A stretch of 64,000 nucleotides of DNA from an uncultured delta proteobacterium (GTDB lineage: Bacteria; Desulfobacterota; Binatia; Binatales; Binataceae), in the NCBI GenBank assembly GCA_963842085.1, contig CAWJET010000002.1, forward strand, positions 1,600,001 to 1,664,000, read 5' to 3'. The notes beneath the pieces are model-generated. The model made no database searches. It was not told where the DNA came from and worked only from the letters and a program-made list of their open reading frames with translations. Below are positions 31,862 to 41,641 of the stretch, one piece after another. How positions within the stretch are numbered: the stretch's first letter is position 1; each line of letters opens with the position of its first letter. A program made the translations under genes and the position numbers.

Positions 31862-31863
31862 TC

Positions 31864-33084
31864 ATGTCCAAGGTCGGCGGGGCGTTGCCATCCTGGTACT
31901 GGCCGGTGGGCGTGCCGCGTCGTGTTCCGGTAGCACAGCAGCCGCTCGGCCGAGTGTTCCGTCAGAAGTTTTTGGCGGCGAAAGATCGCCCGGCAGTCGT
32001 ATCTGAGAATTCTCGACTCAGTTATGCCGAACTGCTCGAGCAGAGTCTCACTCTCGCCGGCGGAATCCAGGCCGCGGGCCTCGAGAGCACGGTTGCGATT
32101 GCCGATCCCGATCCGGTCCAGAGCCTGCTGCTCTGCATAGCTGGATTGCTCGCGGGTCGGTGCGTCTTTCTGGCAGACCCAGCTGACTCCGCGGAGCGAC
32201 TCGTGGCTCGGCTCGCTGAGGCAAAGGCTTCGGCGCTCATCACGTCCGACGGCGCCGCAGTTGCGCAGGGTGGCGACGTCAGGATCGTCAAGAAAAGCGA
32301 GCTCAAGGGCACCTTCAGCGACGCAGCAACGGCGAAGCGAGCCACCGAGCCCGCGCTACTTATTCCCAGTGGCCGCGGGGTGGTCGCTCACTCGCATTTT
32401 TCAGCGTCTGCGATGGCTGCCTCGATGGCGGCTTTCATTCCCAAGTTGCGCGAGATTTCCTTCCTGTGCACCGAACCAGCGATAGGCTCGTGGGAAGTGC
32501 TTACCGGTATACTGCTTGCACTTTCGCAGGGCCGGCCAATTGCATTTGGCCGCGTCGAGGAGTTTGACTCCGGTGAGCTCGCTGAGTTTGCCGGCAATGG
32601 CTACCTGATTATTCGGCAAGGTCAGGCCGACAAAATGCTGATCGACGGGTGGGCACCGAAGCTGATTGGCCGGGCGGCCTATGTCTTCGTTTCGACCGGG
32701 TTCTTCACGCCACGTTGGCGGCGGCGACTGGAATCCTTATACGACCGGCCTATATTTCCGCTTTGGGGCTTGCCCGAGCTCGGTCCCCTGGTCGCGTCTC
32801 ATCCGACCTGGCTTCCGCCGCATGGCCACGGGTTCCCGCTCGTCAACGTGTCGCTGATTCCGATCGATCCGGGAAGCGGCAAGGTTTCGATCGTGCCCTG
32901 GGAGATGCTCGACGAGGCGGAAGTCGGCGTCGAGGCGCTCTCGGCGATGGTGGGCTACGTGGAAACTGCGCGCAACGTTGGGATCAAGTCCGGCACGGCT
33001 GTGAGGACGCGGCAGGTCGCGAGCATGGATCATGTCGGCGTGGTTGCTCTGCAGGCAGACCGGAGAGCGGCCAATGCCAACTGA
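31864..33084 (+). CDS. Divergent AMP-binding (acyl-CoA ligase-fold) protein
   Basis: RPAV...RLSYAEL and WGLPELGP (YGxTE-like) are present; P-loop is degenerate. Confidence 0.55.
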   Translation: MSKVGGALPSWYWPVGVPRRVPVAQQPLGRVFRQKFLAAKDRPAVVSENSRLSYAELLEQSLTLAGGIQAAGLESTVAIADPDPVQSLLLCIAGLLAGRCVFLADPADSAERLVARLAEAKASALITSDGAAVAQGGDVRIVKKSELKGTFSDAATAKRATEPALLIPSGRGVVAHSHFSASAMAASMAAFIPKLREISFLCTEPAIGSWEVLTGILLALSQGRPIAFGRVEEFDSGELAEFAGNGYLIIRQGQADKMLIDGWAPKLIGRAAYVFVSTGFFTPRWRRRLESLYDRPIFPLWGLPELGPLVASHPTWLPPHGHGFPLVNVSLIPIDPGSGKVSIVPWEMLDEAEVGVEALSAMVGYVETARNVGIKSGTAVRTRQVASMDHVGVVALQADRRAANAN

Positions 33085-33766
33085 GAGCGCCAATCTCTTC
33101 TTCGACGTTCCCGGTGGGAGTCTTTCATTCGGAAACGGCGACCTGGATGTCTGGGCGGAACACCTAACCTGGTGTTACCGGATGATGGGCATCGCGGACG
33201 GCGCAACGATCGCGGCTCAAGACTTCGGCAGCAGTCCCATTTCGTTTCTCGGCTCAAGTCTGCTGATGCCGGGGCTGCGGCGCGGAGTTGCCGAACGCAT
33301 TGACGGACGCTTCATTTGCCTTGATGCCTCGGCCGAGCGGGTCACGCTCACTCCCGCCCTGCTCGCACAACTCAAGGTTGATGCGCTGGTAGTCAGGGAC
33401 GACATCGTCGAACTGTTGGTAGCCGAGTTGCGCAACAAGGGCTCCGCCGACCTCGCCAGGCAAGCGATGAAAACAATCGTGGTGTTTGGCGAAGATCCGC
33501 CCGCGCTCAACCCGGCTGGCACGCAGCCGTGGCGCCATCTCATGCACGTCGAGGGGGCGCTGCTGCTCGCACCCGAATGCGCACAGTGCGGATGCTTCCA
33601 TCTGCGCGGCGGATTTTACGAAGTTGAGGGCGCTACGATTCGAAACCTTAAACTCGCCGTGCCGCCCTACGGCTTGTCGCTTGGTGAACTGATACCGGCG
33701 GGGCGCTGCGCTGCCGGGCCTGACGACTGGGGTATCCAGTTGCCGATTCGCCGCAGAGGCGTCTGA
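33074..33766 (+). CDS. Hypothetical protein, possibly a degenerate phenylacetate-CoA ligase homolog
   Basis: DLDVWAEHL...YRMMGI..G and ECAQCGCFHL resemble PaaK segments; no TSGT loop. Confidence 0.45.
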   Translation: MPTESANLFFDVPGGSLSFGNGDLDVWAEHLTWCYRMMGIADGATIAAQDFGSSPISFLGSSLLMPGLRRGVAERIDGRFICLDASAERVTLTPALLAQLKVDALVVRDDIVELLVAELRNKGSADLARQAMKTIVVFGEDPPALNPAGTQPWRHLMHVEGALLLAPECAQCGCFHLRGGFYEVEGATIRNLKLAVPPYGLSLGELIPAGRCAAGPDDWGIQLPIRRRGV

Positions 33767-33771
33767 TCCTT

Positions 33772-35061
33772 ATGGGTGCTAACTCGACATACCCGCAACG
33801 CGACGAAGTCGAGGCGCTCTCCGCGGCGCGATTGACCGCTTGGCAGACCGACCGCTTGCGTGAAGTGGCAGACCACGCGTACCGACACGTTCCGTTCTAC
33901 CGGGATCTCTGGGCAGGCGCGGGTATCGGCCCAGACGCGCTTCGCTCTCTTGAGGACCTCGAGCGTTTTCCGATAGTCACGAAGCGGGATCTGGTACAAG
34001 CCGGTGACCGCTGGGTAAATCCGCGTCAGGGCCGGGTCGCATTCAGCACTCGCGGTACTTCCGGGGATCCGCTGCTCGTTTGGCTGAGCGCAGAGGAGGA
34101 AGAGGCGTACATCCTGCCCACGATGCGTGGTTTTCGATGGGCCGGATTCGGCCCGGGAATGACGGCGTTGTTGATGAGTCCGGTCTGGCACCGACTCGCG
34201 GCGTGCGAGGCGCACGCGGTTGCGCGTTTGGGCGGGAGTTGCGCGTTCTTCTGGGGCAGCATGGGCCCGGAGTACCTTGAGTCGTTCTTGCGCGCGCTGT
34301 CCTCGGCACGACCCGAATTCGTCACCACCACCGCGCCGTTCCTCCTCTCCCTGATTCGACGCGGCACGGGCTCAAGGATCCCCTCGAACGAGATCTTGAG
34401 TGGGGTACGTTCGATTTCTGTAGTCGGCTTGCCGCTCACGCCGCGGATGCGCGAGTTCCTGCGCGACCGTTTGGGAGTTGGAGACGTCTTCGAGCGCAGT
34501 GGGACGCAGGAGGGAGCCGCCCTCGATGAATGCCAAGCGCACACCGCTCCGCACGTGCACGAGGATGTCTGTTATCTCGAGGTCCTGGACGATGCTGGCG
34601 CTCCGGTCGCATCCGGTGTTCGCGGCCGGCTGATCGTCACCAAGCTAAGTTCTGCGGGCAGCATCTTCGTCCGCTATGACACTGGCGACATCGCAGCGTT
34701 CGCGCCGGGCCCGTGCCCCTGCGGCTCGGAATTTCGACGGCTGAAGATTTTTGGCCGCCCTGAGAGCAGTGTCTTGGTCGGCAGCCAGCGAATCACCGCC
34801 TACGATGTCCGCATGTGTATCGAGGATAACGCTGACTTGGTCGGGCGAAACGTCTTGTTGATTCGCGAAGCGGATTCATCGGCCGGCGTCCTCACGGTCG
34901 CCGTCGAGGGCAGCGCCCACGATCAGGCGCAATTGAACGCGCGGCTCCGCGAGCGATTGGGGGTCAACGCGGTCCGTATGGTCTGGCTCGGCGACCTCAA
35001 GCTCAATTGGGGCTTCCGACAAGTGCTCGACAGTAGCGAGATTCCGATCCCAAGGAGTTGA
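33772..35061 (+). CDS. Phenylacetate-CoA ligase (PaaK)-family adenylate-forming enzyme
   Basis: AY.HVPFYR, L..FPIVTK.DL, STRGTSG, EC....HV.ED, RYDTGD, CPCG, GR. Confidence 0.85.
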   Translation: MGANSTYPQRDEVEALSAARLTAWQTDRLREVADHAYRHVPFYRDLWAGAGIGPDALRSLEDLERFPIVTKRDLVQAGDRWVNPRQGRVAFSTRGTSGDPLLVWLSAEEEEAYILPTMRGFRWAGFGPGMTALLMSPVWHRLAACEAHAVARLGGSCAFFWGSMGPEYLESFLRALSSARPEFVTTTAPFLLSLIRRGTGSRIPSNEILSGVRSISVVGLPLTPRMREFLRDRLGVGDVFERSGTQEGAALDECQAHTAPHVHEDVCYLEVLDDAGAPVASGVRGRLIVTKLSSAGSIFVRYDTGDIAAFAPGPCPCGSEFRRLKIFGRPESSVLVGSQRITAYDVRMCIEDNADLVGRNVLLIREADSSAGVLTVAVEGSAHDQAQLNARLRERLGVNAVRMVWLGDLKLNWGFRQVLDSSEIPIPRS

Positions 35062-35072
35062 TGGAGGCGCCA

Positions 35073-36176
35073 ATGAAGCTGATGCTGCCAACCAACTTTG
35101 ATCCCGAACTCATCGCTCGAATCGCCCCGTTCAAGCCCGATTACATTTACGGAAGCCTGCCGAGCGAGGCTACGCTTCGCTCGTCACTGATGCTTTCCAA
35201 CGCGAGCGAAGACGATATAGCACTTCATGTTTCACAAGCTGCGCAGCACGGAATTCGTCTCGTTTACGTCATGAATGCCACCTGTCTGGGGAACAAGGAA
35301 TTCTCCGACGAAGGCCGCGGCCAGATGCTGCAGCGTCTCCAGTGGCTTGTCGATATCGGGGCGGCGGCGGTTGTCACGGCGAATCCGTTCGTGATGGAGC
35401 TAGTGCGCGAGAATTTTCCCGAGCTCGAACTGCACATCTCCGTCCTCGCCTCGGTCAATGATGCCCGCAAGGCGAAATTCTTCGACGACCTCGGCGCCGC
35501 GGTGATCCACCTCGATCCTCAGGTTAATCGCGACTTCTGCCGCCTCAAGGCCATCCGCAAGGCGGTCGGGTGCCGTCTGTCGCTTGTCGTGAACGAGGGA
35601 TGCCTGCTGAGCTGTCCGATCCGCCAGTATCACTCCAACATGATCTCCCATTCGGGAGAAAGTATCACGCAGCGATACTACGTGGACTACTGCTACTACC
35701 GCTGCTCGCTTATCAAGGCGAACGACGCCACCGAGTATGTCCGTTCACCATGGGTCAGGCCCGAGGACGTGGCAATCTACGAAGACTTGGGGATCGACCT
35801 CTTCAAGATTGCCGGCCGCGAAAAGATGGAAGAGGGGCCGAGTTCGCACACCGATTGGATCGCTATGGTCGCGAACGCGTACCACTCGAGGCACTGCGAG
35901 GATGTCGCCCGCCTCCTCGTCGGCATCCAGCCGCCTTATAAGCTTTTCGGCGGCGAGCCCGAGCCGTTGAGCGTCCGAATCGACAGTGCGGAGTTGGATG
36001 GCTTCCTGCGCTTCTTCGAGGACGACCATTGCATGCTCGATTGCAACCAGTGTGACTACTGCGGGAATTGGGCGCGGCGTGCCGTCCACGTGAGCGGCAG
36101 GCCGCTGGAATGCGCACAGGCGCTCGCTAATGACCTGCAGACCATTCGGGTCGGAAGTTATCGGAGTGGCAGATGA
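35073..36176 (+). CDS. U32-family (peptidase U32-like) Fe-S protein
   Basis: MNATCLGN, NEGCLLSCP...YCYYRC, WVRPED, FKIAGR, C-terminal C..DC..C..C; GGAGG RBS before 35073. Confidence 0.88.
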   Translation: MKLMLPTNFDPELIARIAPFKPDYIYGSLPSEATLRSSLMLSNASEDDIALHVSQAAQHGIRLVYVMNATCLGNKEFSDEGRGQMLQRLQWLVDIGAAAVVTANPFVMELVRENFPELELHISVLASVNDARKAKFFDDLGAAVIHLDPQVNRDFCRLKAIRKAVGCRLSLVVNEGCLLSCPIRQYHSNMISHSGESITQRYYVDYCYYRCSLIKANDATEYVRSPWVRPEDVAIYEDLGIDLFKIAGREKMEEGPSSHTDWIAMVANAYHSRHCEDVARLLVGIQPPYKLFGGEPEPLSVRIDSAELDGFLRFFEDDHCMLDCNQCDYCGNWARRAVHVSGRPLECAQALANDLQTIRVGSYRSGR

Positions 36177-36703
36177 AGGCTCTCGATCTGCAGATCATTG
36201 TTTCGATGCATATTCTTTTTGCGGCTGTGTTTGTCGGCTCCAATGTGTTTCTGGATTTCCTTTTGACCCGGCGTCTCGATCTGATTCCGCCCGGCCAAGC
36301 GGCGCGGCTCGGCGACAAGCTCGGGACCGACTTCGCTATCTTGAACTGGATCACCCTGCTGGGACTCCCGCTGAGCGGACTCCTGCAGCTGTGGCGATTG
36401 GGCCAGTTGTCGTCGTTTCTCGACCCCTCGTTCTTCGTCAGCGGTTACGGTGCCGCCCTGTTGACGATGATCACGATCTGGCTCAGCCTGGTAATAACCG
36501 CCGCAATCTTGACCTTCTATCTGCGCCCGCGCGTCGTGGTGAAACTTCCTTACGATGCCACGCGTCAGCAGGTTGAGGGCTCTCGTACCGAAGCCGTGCG
36601 GTATGCGAACTGGATGCGGCGTCTCGCGCGCTACAACGTAATCTCGTCGATGGTCGCGTTAGTCATTGGCGGGTTTCTGCGCTTCGGAGGGTTTCCATTC
36701 TGA
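36173..36703 (+). CDS. Four-TM membrane protein (CopD/DUF2269-like)
   Basis: MHILFAAVFVG TM1 and four hydrophobic segments; coupled to its neighbours. Confidence 0.65.
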   Translation: MKALDLQIIVSMHILFAAVFVGSNVFLDFLLTRRLDLIPPGQAARLGDKLGTDFAILNWITLLGLPLSGLLQLWRLGQLSSFLDPSFFVSGYGAALLTMITIWLSLVITAAILTFYLRPRVVVKLPYDATRQQVEGSRTEAVRYANWMRRLARYNVISSMVALVIGGFLRFGGFPF

Positions 36704-36704
36704 G

Positions 36705-37727
36705 ATGGCAACTTCGCTGACAGAAAGTGCATCTGCGCAGAACGAGGCGCGCAGGCTCGGCGACCGCTTCGGACGGACGATGAAAAGGTTGCGCGTCTCT
36801 CTGACCGATCGATGTAACTTTCGCTGTGTCTATTGCATGCCCGAATGCCCGGTCTGGGTCGCGAAGGAAGAGCTCCTGAGCTTTGAGGAACTCCGTGAGT
36901 TGGTGGAAATATTCGTGACTCGTCTCGGAATCGAGCAGCTACGCTTGACTGGCGGCGAGCCGCTCCTGCGCAGCGGCGCCGCTCGATTTGTCACGATGCT
37001 ATCCGAGCTCCGGTGCGAGGGCCTTCGCCGCGTATCGCTATCCACCAACGGCGTACTCCTGGCGCGCTACGCAGGCGAACTCGCCGACGCAGGGCTCGAC
37101 GACGTCAACGTCAGCCTCGATTCGCTCTCGCCCGAGCGATTTCGCCAAATCACTGGCGGCGGCAACCTGCGCGATGTCCTGCATGGAATCGATCGCGCTC
37201 GCGAAGTCGGTCTGCCGGTCAAAATTAATGCCGTCGTAATGCGCGGTACCAACGATGCCGACGTTCTGCCGCTTGCCCGCTGGGCATATCGCGAGAAACT
37301 TCCTCTGCGCTTCATCGAGTTCATGCCGCTCGACAGCCGCGGCTTGTGGAATCGAGACAGGGTCTTCACCGAGCGGGACCTGATCTCACTTTTGAGCCGC
37401 GAGTTCGAGGTCACGCCGATGGCGCGCACCAGCGAACCGGCGAGTTACTATTTTCTGAACGGCTCTTTCCGCCTCGGCGTCATTTCGACGATTTCCAACC
37501 CATTCTGTGGCCTCTGCGACCGCGTCCGGCTCACTTCGGATGGGAAACTGTTCGCCTGCTTGTTCTCTCCGGCAGGCGTCGATCTCAAGCAAGGAGTGCG
37601 CGCCAAGCTCGATAACGACCATCTAGAGTCGCGGATTCGTGCCTCGGTCTTCAACAAGCCGCGCGGATTCGTCGAGAAATCCGCACTGGTTAACGGACAT
37701 GCAAGCATGCACGTCCTCGGAGGATAA
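36705..37727 (+). CDS. moaA: GTP 3',8-cyclase
   Basis: LRVSLTDRCNFRCVYCMP, LTGGEP, RFIEFMP, FC..CDR.RL, C-terminal GG. Confidence 0.95.
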   Translation: MATSLTESASAQNEARRLGDRFGRTMKRLRVSLTDRCNFRCVYCMPECPVWVAKEELLSFEELRELVEIFVTRLGIEQLRLTGGEPLLRSGAARFVTMLSELRCEGLRRVSLSTNGVLLARYAGELADAGLDDVNVSLDSLSPERFRQITGGGNLRDVLHGIDRAREVGLPVKINAVVMRGTNDADVLPLARWAYREKLPLRFIEFMPLDSRGLWNRDRVFTERDLISLLSREFEVTPMARTSEPASYYFLNGSFRLGVISTISNPFCGLCDRVRLTSDGKLFACLFSPAGVDLKQGVRAKLDNDHLESRIRASVFNKPRGFVEKSALVNGHASMHVLGG

Positions 37728-37732
37728 TCGAT

Positions 37733-39025
37733 ATGTATCGACAAAAAGTGTCGCGGCTGACTCTGATCGCTTCCGCGGCGCTGCTGGCGCAAATCGCAGC
37801 CATCAAATTCGCCGCCGCCCAGGTCCGCCCGGGCGAACTCATAACTGCGCAAGACGCGCGCAAGGTCGAGCAACTGGTCTCGCCCGGCGTCTATCTCAGG
37901 GTAACCCACGGGATGAGCATGCAGATTGCGCCGAGCGAACGGATCGAGTGGCCCCCTCCCTACCGCGAGGCCACCGAGAAATATTCCGCGCAGGTCAGGC
38001 TCTCGCGCGACCATCGCAGTCTCGTGGGATACGTCGCGGGCCTGCCGTTTCCATTCATCGACCCCAATGACGCCGACGCTGGAAACAAAGTCATGTGGAA
38101 CAACACCTTTCGTCCCACTTCCACCGACGATTACGACGCGCGCGATTTCTCCTGCATCAGCGAGTACGAAGGGCTGAATCGGAAATATGCGCCGATTGAC
38201 TACTACGAGATGGGTCACTTGGCCAGCTACAACCTCGTCGGCCGAACCGAAGTCGAGCCGCTGCCGACCGATCCCGATTTCCGTACCAGCGGGCGGCTAC
38301 TGCTGATGGCCTTCTACCCGATGCTGGCGCCGGAAACCGAGCGCGGCCGGGGCTTCATAAGATATCGCTACGCCGATCCGGCCGAGGGCGACGACACCTG
38401 GAGCTGGAATCCCGGCAATCGAAGGATCCGCAGATACAGCGAAGCGACGCTCGGCTCCGCCGCTGGTCCGATTACCTGGTCGCTGGACAATTTCCAGGGA
38501 TTTGCCGCCAAGAACGAAAATTACAATTGGCGCTTCCTTGGCGAGAAACCCATGCTCGCCTCGATCGCCGCCGGTCATGTGCCTGAAGTCACCTGCCCAA
38601 CTGACGGCGGCGCCAGCGCCTGTCCCGAGCGTTGGGAATTGCGCCGAACTTATGTTGTCGAGGGTGTAGCTCGACGCGATCGAGTCCCACAGGAGTTGTT
38701 CGGACGCCACGTCATGTACATCGACGCTGAAGCGCAATGCATCGTGTACCAGGATCTATACGACCGTGGCGGCGAGCTCTGGAAGAACTACATAAGCTGG
38801 ATGGCTTATCGCGATCGCTCCGTACCCGCTGCGCGCGTCGCCATTTACCCATTCAGACGAGTCTTTCAGGTAGGCGCCAGCATTGATGATCTCAAGGACG
38901 GATTCGCGACCATGTGCTATTTGCCCGCGCAGGACACTGCTGAGCACGAATGCTGGTATATAAACATGGGCGCCGTAGACAAGAGCTTTTTCACCGTTCA
39001 GGCACTCACTGCGGCCGCGCCCTGA
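37733..39025 (+). CDS. DUF1329 exported protein
   Basis: Signal peptide; Y.EATEKY, YVAGLPFP.IDPND..AG.K.MWN, YDR.GELWK. Confidence 0.8.
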   Translation: MYRQKVSRLTLIASAALLAQIAAIKFAAAQVRPGELITAQDARKVEQLVSPGVYLRVTHGMSMQIAPSERIEWPPPYREATEKYSAQVRLSRDHRSLVGYVAGLPFPFIDPNDADAGNKVMWNNTFRPTSTDDYDARDFSCISEYEGLNRKYAPIDYYEMGHLASYNLVGRTEVEPLPTDPDFRTSGRLLLMAFYPMLAPETERGRGFIRYRYADPAEGDDTWSWNPGNRRIRRYSEATLGSAAGPITWSLDNFQGFAAKNENYNWRFLGEKPMLASIAAGHVPEVTCPTDGGASACPERWELRRTYVVEGVARRDRVPQELFGRHVMYIDAEAQCIVYQDLYDRGGELWKNYISWMAYRDRSVPAARVAIYPFRRVFQVGASIDDLKDGFATMCYLPAQDTAEHECWYINMGAVDKSFFTVQALTAAAP

Positions 39026-39068
39026 AGCGAGGACTTTGAGTGGCACAAAAGAGACAGGAGAAAAGACA

Positions 39069-40286
39069 ATGACCTATTCACATCTTGCGACTCCTTCGAT
39101 CAAGTTGCTCGACCGCGCTGTCGGCGGGCATCGCCTCTCCGCCGATGAGATCCTGCGCCTTTACGAACTCCCCTCGCACGAGTTGGCTGTCGCAGCGCAT
39201 GCAGTTCGGCAGCGCCGCACCGACCCAGAGGTGGCTACCTATTCGATTGGTGGCAATATCGACTACACCAACGTATGCGTGGTCGCGTGCAGATTCTGCG
39301 CATTTTATCGCGCCAGGCACCAGGACGGAGCCTTCACGCTTAGCTTCGACGAGATCGCGCGCCAGATGGACGGGATCAGGCAAATCGGCGGTCTCGACGT
39401 TCTGATCCAGGGCGGTGTGAATCCAGATTTGCCATTCACCTGGTATCTCGATCTGATGCGGTTTCTGAAATCCGACTATCCCGAGATCCACGTCGACGGA
39501 TTCAGTCCGGAGGAGATTCTCGGACTGGAAAAACTTACCGGGCGCGATGCGCTGGATGTTCTCTCCGATCTCAAGGAGGCAGGCCTCGATGGAATGCCCG
39601 GCGCGTCGGCCGAGATCCTGGTGGACGAAGTGCGCGAGCGCTCCGCGCCAACCCGGATGAAAAGTGGCGATTGGTTCAGAATCATCGACGCAGCCATGAA
39701 GCTTGGGCTGCACAACCCGTGGGTGGCGATGGTCACAGGTTTCGGCGAAACGCTGTCGCAGCGCGTCGAGCACTTGATCGCGCTGCGCGACCAGCAGGAT
39801 CGCGGATTGGAATATTACGGCTGCGGCTTTTCGGCTTACAAGGTGTGGCCGGCACGTCTCGAACACACCCGCCTGCGCGGCCAGGCCGCCCAAGCTGCCG
39901 AGAAAGCGATCGTCAAGGACTATCTGCGTAACGTCGCGGTCGCGCGCCTTGCTCTGGACAACATTCAGAACCATCGTACCGTTTGGCGAACGATGGGATT
40001 CCCGGTGGCGACGCAAGCACTGCGCTCGGGAGCCAACGACGTCTGCGGCACCGGCTCGATCAACGCGATCAATGCTTGCATCGAGGCGGCCGGAAAGGAT
40101 CTACCCGACCTAACCCAGGCGTTGATTCGCCAGGTTTGCGAATGCATCGAAAATGCCGGCGTCACCGCGGCGCTACGCGATCCTTACTACAATATTATTT
40201 TCCGCCCTGGCTTGGGGAACCCATATGCCGCTCATGGACCCAATCCTCCGCCCGCAGGTATGCCCTCATGCCCGCGGCAGCCATGA
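39069..40286 (+). CDS. MqnC/CofH-family radical SAM enzyme (divergent)
   Basis: [35 protein letters not shown]; AGGAG RBS before 39069. Confidence 0.82.
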   Translation: MTYSHLATPSIKLLDRAVGGHRLSADEILRLYELPSHELAVAAHAVRQRRTDPEVATYSIGGNIDYTNVCVVACRFCAFYRARHQDGAFTLSFDEIARQMDGIRQIGGLDVLIQGGVNPDLPFTWYLDLMRFLKSDYPEIHVDGFSPEEILGLEKLTGRDALDVLSDLKEAGLDGMPGASAEILVDEVRERSAPTRMKSGDWFRIIDAAMKLGLHNPWVAMVTGFGETLSQRVEHLIALRDQQDRGLEYYGCGFSAYKVWPARLEHTRLRGQAAQAAEKAIVKDYLRNVAVARLALDNIQNHRTVWRTMGFPVATQALRSGANDVCGTGSINAINACIEAAGKDLPDLTQALIRQVCECIENAGVTAALRDPYYNIIFRPGLGNPYAAHGPNPPPAGMPSCPRQP

Positions 40287-41546
40287 TCCGTAGGGGCTCC
40301 GGCGGCCAAGGGATAACGCGGCGGTTAACGAACGGACAATCGAGCAGCTCGCTTTTGCGTCTCAGAAGCAGATCGCGCAGAACCTGCGCGTTCAGATGCG
40401 TTAGCGAAACCCCGTGGCCAATACAGCCGACGCTGTAAACCGCGCGCTCGTCTCGCAAATAGCCGAGTGCCGGCGCCAGATCCAACGTGACCGAGAACGG
40501 CCCACCCCATCGATGAGTGATACGGACGCCTCTCAACGAAGGAAAGAGGAAGCCGAGGTGCTCCTCGAGATGACGCCACGCGGCTTGATTGCTATCCGCG
40601 TCGAGACTGTTCCGGTAGGTCAGCCCGACCGGGCCGCCGCCCATCACCAGGCGGTTATCCGGCGTGCGGCGGTAATAATGAATCAGGTTGCGCGCGTCCT
40701 CTACCCCCTCGAAACCCTTCCAGCCGATCGGCCCCAACTGCGCGGGCGTCAGAGGCTCGGTCGCGATCATGTAGGTGAAGGCGGGAATCTGCTTGCGCCT
40801 TAGTTGCGGGAAGAGATGCGAGTAGGCGTTGGTTGCGAATACCAACTTCTGCGCGCTGACGGTTCCGTCCGGCGTCTTCAGCCGGAAGATGGGCTGCGAT
40901 GTGATCTCCGTTACCGGCGTGTTCTCATACACCGATACGCCGAGCTTCAGCGCCAGCCGCTTTTCCTCCCGAACCAGCTTGGCCGGATTGACCAGCAGCA
41001 GGCGTGGCTCCCACATCGCACCGATATAACGCGGTGAGTTGACTCGGCCCTGACCGCCTCCGCGTCGATCCAGTCGATCCCGCCGAAACCCAGCGACTTC
41101 ATCAACTCCACTTCGTGATGGAGCCGGGCGACGTAGGCCGGCGCCGTCGCCACCCTCAAAAAGCCGGGACGAATCCGGTCGCAGTCCAGCTTCTCCCGCT
41201 GGATAAGATCGTCCAGCGTGTCCACCGCCCGCTCCATAAAGGCGTGCGCTTCCTTTAGGAACTGCTTTCCGCGAATCATCGCGGTCGTCCCGAAGCCAAG
41301 CCCGACCACCGTCATCGCGAACGAACCATTCCTGCCACTCGCGCCGTGCCCGATCGTGCGGGCCTCCAGCACCGCGACTTTCAGCGCAGCATCGGCGCGT
41401 CTCAGTTCGCAGGCCGTCGCAATCCCGGTAAAGCCGCCGCCGATCACCGCGACATCGACCGCGATATCGCCCCTGAGCGAAGGCTCGGGCGTATACGGCC
41501 CGTAGGCATCGAGCCACAGCGACAAAGGTGAATCGGGTAATCGCAT
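40195..41546 (-). pseudogene. FAD-dependent amine oxidoreductase (PuuB/DAO family), frameshifted near 41050
   Basis: [11 protein letters not shown] and GASGRNG in one frame; ATNAYS, WGGP and GC.GHGV in another. Confidence 0.85.
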
Positions 41547-41641
41547 GGAGTCCTCCTGCTGTCGTCTCCCGCGCGTTCCACCCCGTGCCCGTACGCGGCG
41601 AGATGCGCCCCCTCGAAGACAGTCTTCTGTATGCGCAGCGC

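Noticed and set aside
39069-40286. Assigning the gene symbol mqnC
   Set aside because: Substrate motifs diverge and no other futalosine-pathway genes are present
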